The notes under the pieces were generated by a model that was not told the origin of the DNA, did not search any database, and saw only the letters and a program-made list of their open reading frames with translations. The position numbers were made by a program, and so were the translations under genes. Positions 8,085 to 17,844 of a DNA stretch of 38,346 nucleotides are shown piece by piece; within the stretch, counting starts at the first letter, position 1, and every line of letters starts with the position of its first letter. This DNA comes from a virus. The stretch covers positions 1-38,346 of IMG/VR virus record IMGVR_UViG_3300045988_086125; one strand, given 5' to 3'.

Positions 8085-10852
8085 TAACTCCACCTATCCT
8101 TTAATGCCGTTCGTTGTCCTAATCGTTGATCGTAACTGCCAGCCGTTGCGCCAACAAGCACGCCAGAATCAAGAATCATCGTTGTATCTTTGCCTGCAAT
8201 TTGACGCAGTAAAGCGTTGTTCTGCATTTGCAAAGTGCTGTCTTGCATGGTCAACGAACCGGCGAACCGTGATTGTACATCGCTTGCCATGCCGTTCAAG
8301 CGGTTAGCAAAACCAGATACATCAGGTTGCATTGCGTCGGTGATTTGCTTGTTCATTGCCAAAACAGACTTTTGAACATCGCCAAAACCATCAACTAACC
8401 CGTTGCCCAGACCGTTCATAATTGCATGACCGGCGGGAATCAGCAAACGCCTGTCGACGCTGATAGGCCCTTTGTGGGCTTTAATCCACTTGCCAATGCC
8501 ACCGACAAACGACTTGACACTTTCCCAAGCCGATTTAAGACCGCCAAGCAAACTGTTCATGATTGCCTTACCGTTAGCCGATAAATCAATATGAGCAACC
8601 GCATTAATGATCTTGCGTCCAACCTGCGCCATTGCGCTGCCTAAGCTACCCATCATTTGCAGAATACCTTTTATCAAAGCAGTTATAATTTGTGCCCCTG
8701 CTGCTATAATCTGCGGTAAGTTGCTAATGATAGCCCCTGCTAATGTGACAATGATTTGTAACGCACTAACCACAAGCAATGGCAGCACTTGTGCAATACC
8801 ATTAATTAGCGCTGTAAGAATCTCTACCCCAGCTTCAATGATCTGTGGCAAATTGCTAATAATAGCATTAGCAAGTGCCATAATGATTTGCACTCCGGCC
8901 GTAATAAGCATTGGCAATACGGTAACAATGGCGTTAGCAAGTGCCATGATAATTTGCAGACCAGCCGTAATGATCATTGGCAAACTTGCAACTATGGTAT
9001 TGATAAGCGCAATCAGAATCTGTACGCCCGCAACTATCAGTAGTGGCAACGCAGCTGTAATCGCTGTGGTCAACGACGTAATGATTTGTGTACCAATCGC
9101 AATGATTTGTGGAAGGTTCTCAGAAATACTGTTAGCAATACCTACAATGACATTAGTTATCATTCCGACAATCAGCGGAATGTTTGCGACAATAGCGTTA
9201 GTTACGTTCGTGATAGTATTGCTTAACTGGTCGAAAACTTGAGTAATGCCATCTGCGTTTAGCTGTCCGGTTTGCAACCAAGCTGTTACAAAACTAATGA
9301 CAGCCCCCGCAGCAAGTCCCCAAGGGCCAGAAATTCCTAATGCAGCTAATCCTATTTTGGTTAAGACGCTAACAATCGTGGAAGCAATACTGCCAATGCC
9401 GCCCATTTTGGTTATAAATCCTTGAATAGTTTGGCTAACACCACTCAATACATTTTTTACCGTGTTACAAGCAACGCTAACAACATCACTAATTTTCCCC
9501 CAAACAGATGTAGCGATTGTCGATAGTGTTTGCCATGCATTTGATAGCCACGAAACAAAAGATTGCCACATTTGGCGCCCTTTTTCAGTTTGAGTGAAGA
9601 AATAGACTAATGCAGCCACAATTGCAATAATAGCTGCAATCACAATCATTCTTACCCCGCCAAAGACTTTAAAGGCAGCATTGAGTTTTTCAATTGATTT
9701 AGTTACTGGGTCAACTCCCAACATAACATCATCAAATGTCATGGTTTTCATAATCGCTTTGAATGTTGAAATAGAAGTTTTCGCACTATCAACAAACAAT
9801 ACAGCCTTCTTCAATAAAGCCATCTGTCCAGCAAATGCACCAATTCCGATAGTTAATGGTATAAGCCAATCCTTGTTAGCGTTAACGAAATCAAACATTG
9901 ACCTCAACGAGTTCAAAATAACCGTCGTTCCTTGCGTAACAATTGGCGTTATAGCGGTAAAAAATCCGTTAATGCCAACTTTCATGTTATCAAGTACTTG
10001 CGCGATAGAACCGAAACCGGCTTTGCTAAAACCATTGTTAATGGCAGTTAGCATGTTTCCAAGGTTCTTTACGACACTAGCTTTCAAGTTCGCAAAACTG
10101 GTTGCAATCCCGGCACTATTTTTCTTTGCAAGTTGAGCAAAACCGTTTTGGCCCTTGTTAAGTTCGATGAATTTATCATTCAGCTGGTCAACTGATATTT
10201 GCCCACTTTGCAACGCGTTATAAAGGTCCTGTTCGGCAGATTTGCCAGTGAAACCAAACGCATTTGCAACCTTACGCAGCGCGATAGGCATAGTTTCCAT
10301 TAACGTCCGGTAACTCATCATATCGACTTTACCGGTTGACAACATTTGCGTGTACTGTTGCAGACCTCGGCTAGTATCAGCAACGCTTGCTCCGCTCGCC
10401 AGAAAGGCATTGTTAAGAGCTAACGCTGACTTACTAGCCTTTGTTGCGCTACCCGTCAATGGTGCTAACTGCTGCGCAACCGAAGTGATATCTTGCAATG
10501 ACGTTGGCAATCCATCAATGCCTTTTTGCATTAACTTGCTTGATTTAGCAACATCCCGCGCCGAATACCCCAACGCGTCCATAACGACTGGATACTTGTT
10601 AAGAGTATCGAAACGGTCAATTGCCCCGCCGATTGAATCTTTAACAACGCTAAATACTTTGCTTGCAACCGCAACAAGCCCTAAAGACGTTGCCAGATTT
10701 TTAACAGAACTGGTTGCCCATGTTGTAGCACTTGCCGTTTGGTTGCTTTGACTAACAACTTTGCTAAGGCTATCAACAGCTGATTCCATCGTTTTGGTGA
10801 AATTTTGATCGACGGCGGAAAGAATCGCCTCGATGCTCATTTCTTGTGCCAT
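8084..10852 (-). CDS. tape measure protein
   Basis: About 922 aa, alpha-helical and Ala/Ile/Leu-rich with internal tandem repeats. It lies downstream of the G/GT chaperones. The ATG at 10852 follows an AAAGGTGG RBS; an alternative GTG is at 10864. Confidence 0.9.
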   Translation of the reverse strand: MAQEMSIEAILSAVDQNFTKTMESAVDSLSKVVSQSNQTASATTWATSSVKNLATSLGLVAVASKVFSVVKDSIGGAIDRFDTLNKYPVVMDALGYSARDVAKSSKLMQKGIDGLPTSLQDITSVAQQLAPLTGSATKASKSALALNNAFLASGASVADTSRGLQQYTQMLSTGKVDMMSYRTLMETMPIALRKVANAFGFTGKSAEQDLYNALQSGQISVDQLNDKFIELNKGQNGFAQLAKKNSAGIATSFANLKASVVKNLGNMLTAINNGFSKAGFGSIAQVLDNMKVGINGFFTAITPIVTQGTTVILNSLRSMFDFVNANKDWLIPLTIGIGAFAGQMALLKKAVLFVDSAKTSISTFKAIMKTMTFDDVMLGVDPVTKSIEKLNAAFKVFGGVRMIVIAAIIAIVAALVYFFTQTEKGRQMWQSFVSWLSNAWQTLSTIATSVWGKISDVVSVACNTVKNVLSGVSQTIQGFITKMGGIGSIASTIVSVLTKIGLAALGISGPWGLAAGAVISFVTAWLQTGQLNADGITQVFDQLSNTITNVTNAIVANIPLIVGMITNVIVGIANSISENLPQIIAIGTQIITSLTTAITAALPLLIVAGVQILIALINTIVASLPMIITAGLQIIMALANAIVTVLPMLITAGVQIIMALANAIISNLPQIIEAGVEILTALINGIAQVLPLLVVSALQIIVTLAGAIISNLPQIIAAGAQIITALIKGILQMMGSLGSAMAQVGRKIINAVAHIDLSANGKAIMNSLLGGLKSAWESVKSFVGGIGKWIKAHKGPISVDRRLLIPAGHAIMNGLGNGLVDGFGDVQKSVLAMNKQITDAMQPDVSGFANRLNGMASDVQSRFAGSLTMQDSTLQMQNNALLRQIAGKDTTMILDSGVLVGATAGSYDQRLGQRTALKDRWS
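8650..9115 (-). repeat. seven tandem 22-aa (66-nt) repeats inside the tape measure gene
   Basis: Read in the protein: LPQIIAIGTQIITSLTTAITAA / LPLLIVAGVQILIALINTIVAS / LPMIITAGLQIIMALANAIVTV / LPMLITAGVQIIMALANAIISN / LPQIIEAGVEILTALINGIAQV / LPLLVVSALQIIVTLAGAIISN / LPQIIAAGAQIITALIKGILQM. Confidence 0.85.
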
Positions 10853-10853
10853 T

Positions 10854-11306
10854 CTAACCGCCACCTTTCCATGCTTTCATATCAATCAGACCGCGCTTTT
10901 TAAGCTCTTGAAATTCCTTGTAGCGCCTTTGGAACAGTTTCGTGGTGTTTTCCTTGTCATTGTCGTTAGAACGTCCATACTGGGCGTTAATCGCCGATAA
11001 TGACTTGGTTATACCGACATCTTTAAGGAACTTTTGAACAGACCCATACTTCCACTTTGGATTTTTACCACCAGTAGTTGCCTGAACGGCATAGTTGTAC
11101 CACGCTTGGTATGCCTGGTCTTCACGCTTGCGAATCGCTCGCAGTTCGTATGCTTCAAGCCGTAGTTGATACTCAGCTAACGTGATACGCTCTGCCTGTT
11201 TTACATCGTTAAAGCCTAGATATGCCAGGCAGTTGACCAAGATCATGCGATATGTTTCTTCACTTGTCTGGTCGTCCTCTTGACTATCTAGGCTTTCAGA
11301 TTTTTT
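10854..11306 (-). CDS. tail assembly chaperone, -1 frame extension (gpT-like part of a G-T fusion)
   Basis: This frame is -1 relative to 11288..11635. It is open from the slippery site (KKSESLDSQEDDQTSEETYRMILVN...) to the stop at 10854. Confidence 0.6.
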   Translation of the reverse strand, partial: KKSESLDSQEDDQTSEETYRMILVNCLAYLGFNDVKQAERITLAEYQLRLEAYELRAIRKREDQAYQAWYNYAVQATTGGKNPKWKYGSVQKFLKDVGITKSLSAINAQYGRSNDNDKENTTKLFQRRYKEFQELKKRGLIDMKAWKGGG

Positions 11307-11635
11307 GTCGCGGTCCGCGCAGCATTGCTTGATTTCAGCTCCTTAGTGACGTCATCGAACAACTTATCAATGTTCGTTTTCTTATCATCAAGGTAAGCGT
11401 CAATATCGCTTTGCGATGGCCGTTCCCTATTGTCCCACGCAGCACAGTAAAGCAGATCTGCCAGTACGGCAACATCATAGCTTCGTAGTGCGGGAACAGC
11501 TTTAGTTAGTGCCATACCGAAATTTTGTTCAACGCCTTTAATGTCAAGCGTCATGCCGATTTTTCGATCAAGCTCACGAATAAAGCGAACGCCAAAATTA
11601 AGGTTGACATCTTTGTTGTTAACTTTGATTTGCAT
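11288..11635 (-). CDS. tail assembly chaperone (gpG-like)
   Basis: 115-aa acidic protein between the major tail protein and the tape measure. The slippery site lies at its 3' end. Confidence 0.7.
   Translation of the reverse strand: MQIKVNNKDVNLNFGVRFIRELDRKIGMTLDIKGVEQNFGMALTKAVPALRSYDVAVLADLLYCAAWDNRERPSQSDIDAYLDDKKTNIDKLFDDVTKELKSSNAARTATKNLKA
11300..11306 (-). promoter_or_regulatory. candidate -1 programmed frameshift heptamer A_AAA_AAT
   Basis: Minus strand reads ACA AAA AAT CTG AAA GCC TAG. The heptamer is in the zero frame 4 codons before the gpG-like stop, and the -1 frame is open into the downstream ORF. Confidence 0.55.
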
Positions 11636-11646
11636 TAAAAGCCCTC

Positions 11647-12234
11647 CTAGTTGTCGCTAACGCCTTGCCCAGCGTCAGTTTCCTTGTTCCAAGCCTTACC
11701 AGCGCCATCAGTACCATCATTCTTTGGCGTACCTTCAATTGCGCCAACGCCACGGAAGATGTAAGCCAATTCGGCTTCTTGGTCTTCACTCAGCGTTACC
11801 CAACCACGAACTGGACCATAGTCAACCGTGATAGTCGTTTCACGGCTCGAAACATCGTCTGGATCGTTATCGTTGCTGTCTTCAGTAACCTTGCCCCGCA
11901 GATACAGTGCATAGTATTGACCGTCTGCATTCTTACGTTGCCGGTTAACCGCCCAGAATTCCATTTCTTCGTTATCGAAAATAGAATCAAGCAGTTCGTC
12001 GGCAATCTTGGACCAGTTGTTTACAAATTCAAACTTGAAATCAGTTTCCAAGCTCGACGTGGTAGTTACCGTCCCAGACTTAGTTTTCTTTTTATCAGAG
12101 TCGCGTTGTGGGTCAATGCTCAAACTCGTTTGATACGGGATAAGCTGACCGGCTACTTTAGCAGCCTCCGCTAATTTGCGGGCATAGACAACGACGTTAA
12201 CACCCTGAATTTTTTCTAAATTAGCATTTGCCAT
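11647..12234 (-). CDS. major tail protein
   Basis: ATG at 12234 follows a GGAGTGAGAGA RBS; the product starts MANANLEKIQGVN. About 195 aa, located upstream of the chaperone pair. Confidence 0.7.
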   Translation of the reverse strand: MANANLEKIQGVNVVVYARKLAEAAKVAGQLIPYQTSLSIDPQRDSDKKKTKSGTVTTTSSLETDFKFEFVNNWSKIADELLDSIFDNEEMEFWAVNRQRKNADGQYYALYLRGKVTEDSNDNDPDDVSSRETTITVDYGPVRGWVTLSEDQEAELAYIFRGVGAIEGTPKNDGTDGAGKAWNKETDAGQGVSDN

Positions 12235-12244
12235 TCTCTCACTC

Positions 12245-12637
12245 CTAACCCAATTCGAACACAAGCGACACAATGCCATGCATTAACACGGTATCCTGCA
12301 CGCTTGTATCAGTGATAATTTGATTGCTGTTAAGCGACGGCCGACCAACGAACCGGAAATTTTCGGAAAGTAAAACGCCCTGTCCGATTGCAGACAAGGC
12401 GTTCATCATCTTTGCCACGTTGTAGCGATTCTCTCCAGTGTCCCACACGTTAAGCGTGATGTCGATTCTAGCCCCGTAGGCGTCCTTATATGGACTTATG
12501 GTGGAATTTACATCACCAACGTTAACGAACGGGTATGGGGCATTTTCACTCTCTAACGGCAAATGATCATACACGGTATAACCTAGCTCTTGTGCTTTGG
12601 AAAATACCGCGTCGAATAGCTCCTGTTCAGGTATCAT
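12245..12637 (-). CDS. tail terminator / tail completion protein (putative)
   Basis: 130 aa. The call rests on synteny between the gp10-like protein and the major tail protein. Confidence 0.45.
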   Translation of the reverse strand: MIPEQELFDAVFSKAQELGYTVYDHLPLESENAPYPFVNVGDVNSTISPYKDAYGARIDITLNVWDTGENRYNVAKMMNALSAIGQGVLLSENFRFVGRPSLNSNQIITDTSVQDTVLMHGIVSLVFELG

Positions 12638-12652
12638 GGCCGTGCTCCTTTC

Positions 12653-13018
12653 TTACTTCATCATCTTTTTAAGATCGTTAACAAACTGAACACTCTGGTA
12701 CGCAAATGCCGGTTTAAGTGTAGGCCGTGCCGACATGAATCGAGAACCGAATTCCAAGTAAGGGAAATACTCAGTGTGTGGTGCAACAGCTACCGTCATG
12801 CCAGCGTTTGAGAACGTAGTAGACAGCGAACGTCTAGTAGCACCAGTTGCATAACCAGCTGTATACGCAGCAGCCATGTTCTGTGCCGTTTTCGTCTTAA
12901 GCAACGCACCATGTTTAGCAACAATCGTTTTCGTTTGCGTCGCCATCATCATAGGTCGCTTGGCGATTGCTCGTTGTAGTTCCCTAGCGCCTTTAATTTG
13001 AAACGTTACTTTAGCCAT
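12653..13018 (-). CDS. HK97 gp10-family tail component
   Basis: ATG at 13018 follows an AGGTGA RBS. MAKVTFQIKGARELQRAIAKRP is a typical gp10-family N-terminus. Confidence 0.6.
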   Translation of the reverse strand: MAKVTFQIKGARELQRAIAKRPMMMATQTKTIVAKHGALLKTKTAQNMAAAYTAGYATGATRRSLSTTFSNAGMTVAVAPHTEYFPYLEFGSRFMSARPTLKPAFAYQSVQFVNDLKKMMK

Positions 13019-13319
13019 TGCTTTCACCTACAATCAAAGTGAACAGTTTTAACGGTTTTCGCATTGTCTGCAGTACATACTTTTGCTTTCCATCGTCAAT
13101 GGTCAGGTATGACCACTTAGGCGGTGCAGCATAAAGCCGTATTACTAGACTGTTCTGTTTATAGTCGCCGAATAATTGCACCGACTTAACCGTGCCAACA
13201 TCAGTAACATTGCCATGCAAGGCTGAAACTAGCTTTTCTCCGCCTACATAGCCGTGTGTTTTGGGGTCATAGTGCCGTTCCGACTTATCATAGAACTTGA
13301 TAACGTGGTCAAAACGCAT
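13011..13319 (-). CDS. head closure / head-tail adaptor protein (putative)
   Basis: 102 aa. The call rests on synteny after the gp6-like connector. Confidence 0.5.
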   Translation of the reverse strand: MRFDHVIKFYDKSERHYDPKTHGYVGGEKLVSALHGNVTDVGTVKSVQLFGDYKQNSLVIRLYAAPPKWSYLTIDDGKQKYVLQTMRKPLKLFTLIVGESNG

Positions 13320-13679
13320 TTAATCGCCCCGCTTTCGATAGAACGGGTCAACCGTAGTTAGTACGCCATGACTATGACGTTTGCGCCAATCGTCAATATC
13401 AGCCTGGTAATCATCGAAATCGTTGCTGTTAAACGTAATGCTTTCGCCTTCTTGGGTGTATGACGCCATACCCTCGTTTTTAAGACGATTGTAGCGCCGT
13501 ACAGCAACTTCAATCGGAATGTAAGCTAATTCGTTAGGCACTTGTTCGCCAGCGTCTAAGGCTAACTTAAACCGCAGTTGTAAGTCAGTGTTTTTAAGAA
13601 TCAGCGCCAAAACAGAATCTTGGCTTGTGTCATCAGTCGCAAGCCCTAGCATTGTTTTTAAATCGTCAAGACTTGCCAT
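13320..13679 (-). CDS. gp6-like head-tail connector protein
   Basis: 119 aa. LDDLKTMLGLATDDTSQDSVLALILKNT matches the pattern of the phage gp6-like connector family. It lies directly after the capsid gene. Confidence 0.65.
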   Translation of the reverse strand: MASLDDLKTMLGLATDDTSQDSVLALILKNTDLQLRFKLALDAGEQVPNELAYIPIEVAVRRYNRLKNEGMASYTQEGESITFNSNDFDDYQADIDDWRKRHSHGVLTTVDPFYRKRGD

Positions 13680-13697
13680 AATAAATCACCTTATCTA

Positions 13698-14540
13698 CTA
13701 GTGTCCCGTACCGCTAGCTTCAGCCGCTGCTTGAACCGTTGCGACAACCACCTTCGTATCGTCATACAGGAACGCTGCAAAGTGTTCAGTTGCCGTCATC
13801 TTAGTAGCATCATGATCAATATCTTGTTGTGTCTTAAGTAGTACGTTACGCTTCATGACCAGTTTCAGTGCTGGTGAGCTTTGGTTAGCTTTGATCAAAA
13901 TCATCTCGGTATCAGTCAGCTTCTTACTCCGTACGATTTGAGCACCCAAAACATCGTAGTACGTGCCGTTAATAACTTGGTTAGCTCCGGCTTCACTACC
14001 TAGCTTCTTGTTAATTGCGTCCATACGTAGTTTAGATGCCGTCTTAGGGCTCATGATAGCAACGACAGTGGAATCATCTTCATCATTAAAAACATCAAGT
14101 GCCGTTTGCAGGCCTTCAACCGTTGGCGTGATCGTTGCCTTTTGACTGCCACTCTTCGCAGCAGTCAGTACGGCTGTATCAACAAAATCAGCAATGCTCA
14201 GTCCCAGTTGCCGAGTGCTTTCACCAATTGCATCACCGTAACCAGACAGCACAGCTTCATCAGTAATCATCGTACCCTTGGCTGCTTTTTGAACCTTAAC
14301 CTTGGTCATCTTAGTGCCTAATTTGTCGAACGGGATCGCTTGGCCTTCGGCAATGTTTTTTGCATCACCAATGTAGGTGAACTTAGGGAATTGCAGAGTA
14401 TCACCGGCGTTGCCAACAAGCGTGTTATCAACTTGTGCAAGTGGTGTGAACCGCATTGCGTGTTGCATCGTGTATTGAACAATTGGCGCATTGACCTCAG
14501 GATTTACCAGGTCCGCAATCATCGTCATGTTATCTGCCAT
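13698..14540 (-). CDS. major capsid protein
   Basis: 280 aa, directly after the scaffold gene. Composition and length are typical of small HK97-fold capsid proteins of lactic-acid-bacteria phages. Confidence 0.8.
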   Translation of the reverse strand: MADNMTMIADLVNPEVNAPIVQYTMQHAMRFTPLAQVDNTLVGNAGDTLQFPKFTYIGDAKNIAEGQAIPFDKLGTKMTKVKVQKAAKGTMITDEAVLSGYGDAIGESTRQLGLSIADFVDTAVLTAAKSGSQKATITPTVEGLQTALDVFNDEDDSTVVAIMSPKTASKLRMDAINKKLGSEAGANQVINGTYYDVLGAQIVRSKKLTDTEMILIKANQSSPALKLVMKRNVLLKTQQDIDHDATKMTATEHFAAFLYDDTKVVVATVQAAAEASGTGH

Positions 14541-14542
14541 AG

Positions 14543-15205
14543 TTATTTACCTCCTAGAATCTTCACATATTCGTCGGGATTCTCACGCTGAAATTTAATT
14601 CGGTCGGCGGGTTTCAGTTTGATAAGATCGTTAGGCGTCAATGGCTTAACCTTCTTCCCGCTAACTCGTGGCGTTTTCCCCGCTAACAGCTTGTTTCGTT
14701 CGTCTTCTCGAATTGCCTCAATCGCAGTCAGCAGCACGTTAACGTTTGCTTGAGTGCTTTCGGCGGTGTCTGTTACAACCAGATCAAGCAGACCGTTATC
14801 AGCGTTGTTAAAACCACCGTCTGCTAACATTTGCTTGGCACTATCGCGCATTTCGTAGCGTGCCAGTTTTGCAGTAGCCTCTTTTGCTCGCTTGTTTGCT
14901 TTTTCCAGTTCGTAGTTAGCCTTTTGTTCGGCGTTCATATGGGATAACTTCTTGGCCTCGTCTTCCTTGGCCTTAAGCTGTTCCTTTTGACGTTCCAAAC
15001 GTTGGCTAACAATCTTGTTAACTTCGTCTTGCGTGAAAGTCTTGGCTTGTTGCTCGCCATGCTTTTCTTCGCTATCACTTGGCTGTTCTGGCTCGGTATT
15101 TGGTGCACCGTCCGAACCTTCACCGCTTTGTTCAGCGAAAAATTGCAACATCATTGGCAAGCTATGAGTTTTAACAAGCCCGCTTTGTACTAACTTTTTG
15201 TACAT
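14543..15205 (-). CDS. capsid scaffolding protein
   Basis: 220 aa. It has an N-terminal MLQFFAE motif and a highly charged coiled-coil body (EQ/K-rich). It lies upstream of the capsid gene. Confidence 0.75.
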   Translation of the reverse strand: MYKKLVQSGLVKTHSLPMMLQFFAEQSGEGSDGAPNTEPEQPSDSEEKHGEQQAKTFTQDEVNKIVSQRLERQKEQLKAKEDEAKKLSHMNAEQKANYELEKANKRAKEATAKLARYEMRDSAKQMLADGGFNNADNGLLDLVVTDTAESTQANVNVLLTAIEAIREDERNKLLAGKTPRVSGKKVKPLTPNDLIKLKPADRIKFQRENPDEYVKILGGK

Positions 15206-15296
15206 GGATACACCTCGTTTTAAGCCCGGTCGGCTATATAGTCCGAACTTGTTCTTTTAGGCCTGCAAATAAGTCAAAAAGGCCAAAATTTAAGCA

Positions 15297-15331
15297 TGAA
15301 AAAAGAGAACCCTTGCTATGCATGAGTTCTC
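15297..15331 (-). terminator. rho-independent terminator after the head-morphogenesis gene
   Basis: Minus strand reads AGAGAAC-tcatgcatagcaagg-GTTCTCT followed by TTTTTCATGC. The stem is 7 bp. Confidence 0.55.
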
Positions 15332-15363
15332 TTGAATTTGTTTTTAACTATGCCTAGCCGCAG

Positions 15364-16368
15364 CTAAACTTTCTTTGCACCAATAGCTTTTTCAAGCGTC
15401 TTTGAACGTTTACCGCCGACAAGATTATCATCTCTGCCATCAACCCACGTTTCAGATATGCTGCAACGACAATTTGGGTGCTCTGGAATCTCTGGCACTT
15501 TAGCAACCGTATAGACACCTTCGCCGAATCCACTATCACGACTTGCAATCGCTCGACAAGCAGGGCACGCTTTCGGTTCGGCCAGCCACTGGACGTAGTT
15601 GTAGCCGTGCTTTTTAATCGATTCAAGTTGCACGTTCGTTTGGATTCTCGCACTTTCAGTCCGTGCTAATCGCTCGGTTACATATCTTTGATTGCCAACC
15701 GCTGTTTTGACCTGTTCACGTAGCCGTGTAGCCATTTTACGTGGATTTTGACCCTGTATCATACCAACACTTAAAACTTGGTCTAGTTTTGCTTTAAGGG
15801 CGTCTTGGTCAGCCCACAAACGTTGGCTAAACGTTGCCCCGTTGGTTTGTGCCATTAGAATCTTAGCAGCGTCCTTGCCTGTCCAAGGCGAACGTTGCGC
15901 GCTGTCCATCATGATACCGGCTTGCCTAATGACTTCTTTTTGGTAATCACCGCTCAACTTATCTCGCAGACTGGAATCGACTTTAACACCGGCTCGCAGC
16001 ATATCAAGACCAACTTCGGACTTAAGATGTTCAAGCCGGTTGATTCGCATTGTAGCGTTGTAGACCTTCAAACGTTGGTTCACCTGGTCGCTAAAATCAG
16101 CATACGTTACTTTCTGACCGTTAGCCTGCATTTTCTCCGCCTCAGCCACAATTGACTTAGCTTTGGTTTCATACGCTTTGACGTCCATTTGTGTTACTTG
16201 GTCCTTGCCTACACGGTTAAGCTCTTTCTCGATACTATCGCTAATATCATCGATTGCTTGGTTGTAGTAGGTTTCTAGCAACTTGCCAAACTCAGCATCG
16301 TTTTCAAGCTGTTTGAGTTGCCAGGCCTTCTCTTGCTTGGCTCGCTCTTCCCAATAGCTACTCGGCAT
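15364..16368 (-). CDS. head morphogenesis protein (SPP1 gp7 / Mu F-like)
   Basis: 334 aa, downstream of the portal. The C-terminal motif is KACPACRAIASRDSGFGEGVYTVAKVPEIPEHPNCRCSI. Confidence 0.85.
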   Translation of the reverse strand: MPSSYWEERAKQEKAWQLKQLENDAEFGKLLETYYNQAIDDISDSIEKELNRVGKDQVTQMDVKAYETKAKSIVAEAEKMQANGQKVTYADFSDQVNQRLKVYNATMRINRLEHLKSEVGLDMLRAGVKVDSSLRDKLSGDYQKEVIRQAGIMMDSAQRSPWTGKDAAKILMAQTNGATFSQRLWADQDALKAKLDQVLSVGMIQGQNPRKMATRLREQVKTAVGNQRYVTERLARTESARIQTNVQLESIKKHGYNYVQWLAEPKACPACRAIASRDSGFGEGVYTVAKVPEIPEHPNCRCSISETWVDGRDDNLVGGKRSKTLEKAIGAKKV

Positions 16369-17794
16369 TTACATCATCGCCTTCATCATCATTGGCTTCG
16401 CTTTGGCTATCCTTGATGTTAGTCTTTTGCTGATCAGTCATGGACGGCATCGCCTGCAAGTTGTTTCGCACGTCTTCGGCTTGCTCTTCACGCATACGCT
16501 CGATTTCCTTCTTCGGGTCATCAACGATTGACAACGTGCTTAACTGGGTTTCCTTCGATACGATACCCGACAACGTAGACGCAGTTTGTGCCTCGTTCTC
16601 AACGTCAAGCGGAATGTTACGGGCCGGTACGATTTGCAAGTCTTTCATAACGTCAGCACGGCTAACTGTGCCAATCGCCTTGCCCAGACCTAACGCCGTG
16701 CCTAGCAGTTGACGCAGACTAATAGCAAATTTACGGTCTTCAAACGCAGCTTGATTCTGCATTGATAACAGCTTGTAACGAATTGCAACCCCGCTTGCGT
16801 TACCGCTGAACGCTTCATCGTTAAGGTTGGCGACCATTGCCGTTTGGAAAATATCATCTTTCAAGCGACTAAGCATGTTTTCTTGCATGTTGTCGCCGTC
16901 TGGTTTGGTAATAAAATCGACTTCACCTTGCGCAGCATCTGCACTTGGTGAGTAAAGCACGTGGTCTTGTTCCAAGTTAAGAACTGTTTTGCCGTCTTCA
17001 TCTGTTGGCAACGGAATACCCAGAATCTTAAGGTAGGCGTTGTCAAAATAAGCAACCTGGTTAGCCTTCTGACTGATAGCACGGTCATACTCTTCGACCA
17101 ACGTATCAATCTTGCCAATCAGCGAAAGGCGCTCATCGTTAGCAAAGAATTCAGCAGCAGGAACAAAGCCAAACACATGGTTGGTTTGTTCTTCTATCTT
17201 GCCGTCATTACCAAAATAAGTAATTTCTTTGTCGGTATATACTTCACCGCTCAACTGGTCGTTGTAGCTTAAATACCGCACAAACGCAACGGGATTCCGC
17301 TTAATTGTGGTGTCGTAGATCATAAAGCTACTATCAGGCGCAGCAACCGCAATTTCAGTTTCGCTGTTCTCGTTTTGGTAGGCCATCATGTATGACCGGC
17401 CATAGATAGCAACTTGCTTGGCAACTTCGCTCAGCTTGTCTTGAAACGAGTTGACGTTTAACCAGTCTTGCAGTCGTTCATTGGTGCTATCATCATCTAA
17501 CGCAATCTTAGGTGGCTTGCCGATGAAATAACCTACATACGTATCAACAACGTAGTTAGCCCAGTTGCTAATGATACGGTTATCTGGACGCATCGAATAA
17601 CGATCACGTGGTTTGCGCAAAATATCATGGTTACCGCTATACAAGTCGTAGTAGTGGTTATACTTCGTAGACCGTTGCCGGTTCTCGTTGACAAACTGCA
17701 TTAAGCTAGTCGTGTCCAGCTCTTCACCAGCGAACAAATATACGCCTTCTTTCGTAACATAGCAGTTTTCGCTAATCGTTTTTTGGATTGCCAT
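16358..17794 (-). CDS. portal protein (SPP1 gp6-like)
   Basis: 478 aa, downstream of terL. Motifs include PDNRIISNWANYVVDTYVGYFIGKP and an acidic C-terminal tail. Confidence 0.85.
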   Translation of the reverse strand: MAIQKTISENCYVTKEGVYLFAGEELDTTSLMQFVNENRQRSTKYNHYYDLYSGNHDILRKPRDRYSMRPDNRIISNWANYVVDTYVGYFIGKPPKIALDDDSTNERLQDWLNVNSFQDKLSEVAKQVAIYGRSYMMAYQNENSETEIAVAAPDSSFMIYDTTIKRNPVAFVRYLSYNDQLSGEVYTDKEITYFGNDGKIEEQTNHVFGFVPAAEFFANDERLSLIGKIDTLVEEYDRAISQKANQVAYFDNAYLKILGIPLPTDEDGKTVLNLEQDHVLYSPSADAAQGEVDFITKPDGDNMQENMLSRLKDDIFQTAMVANLNDEAFSGNASGVAIRYKLLSMQNQAAFEDRKFAISLRQLLGTALGLGKAIGTVSRADVMKDLQIVPARNIPLDVENEAQTASTLSGIVSKETQLSTLSIVDDPKKEIERMREEQAEDVRNNLQAMPSMTDQQKTNIKDSQSEANDDEGDDVNAE

Positions 17795-17844
17795 TCTCTC
17801 ACCTCTTTTTCGTTAGCTATTAAACGCATATCGTGTGCGTTTAA

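Noticed and set aside
8607-9242. 211-aa plus-strand ORF
   Set aside because: It is antisense to the tape measure repeat region. It stays open only because of the repetitive Ala/Ile/Leu codon pattern, has no RBS, and opposes the operon.
15354-15653. 99-aa alternative-frame ORF
   Set aside because: It is embedded in the head-morphogenesis gene in another frame. Its Arg/Leu-rich composition is typical of a shadow frame.
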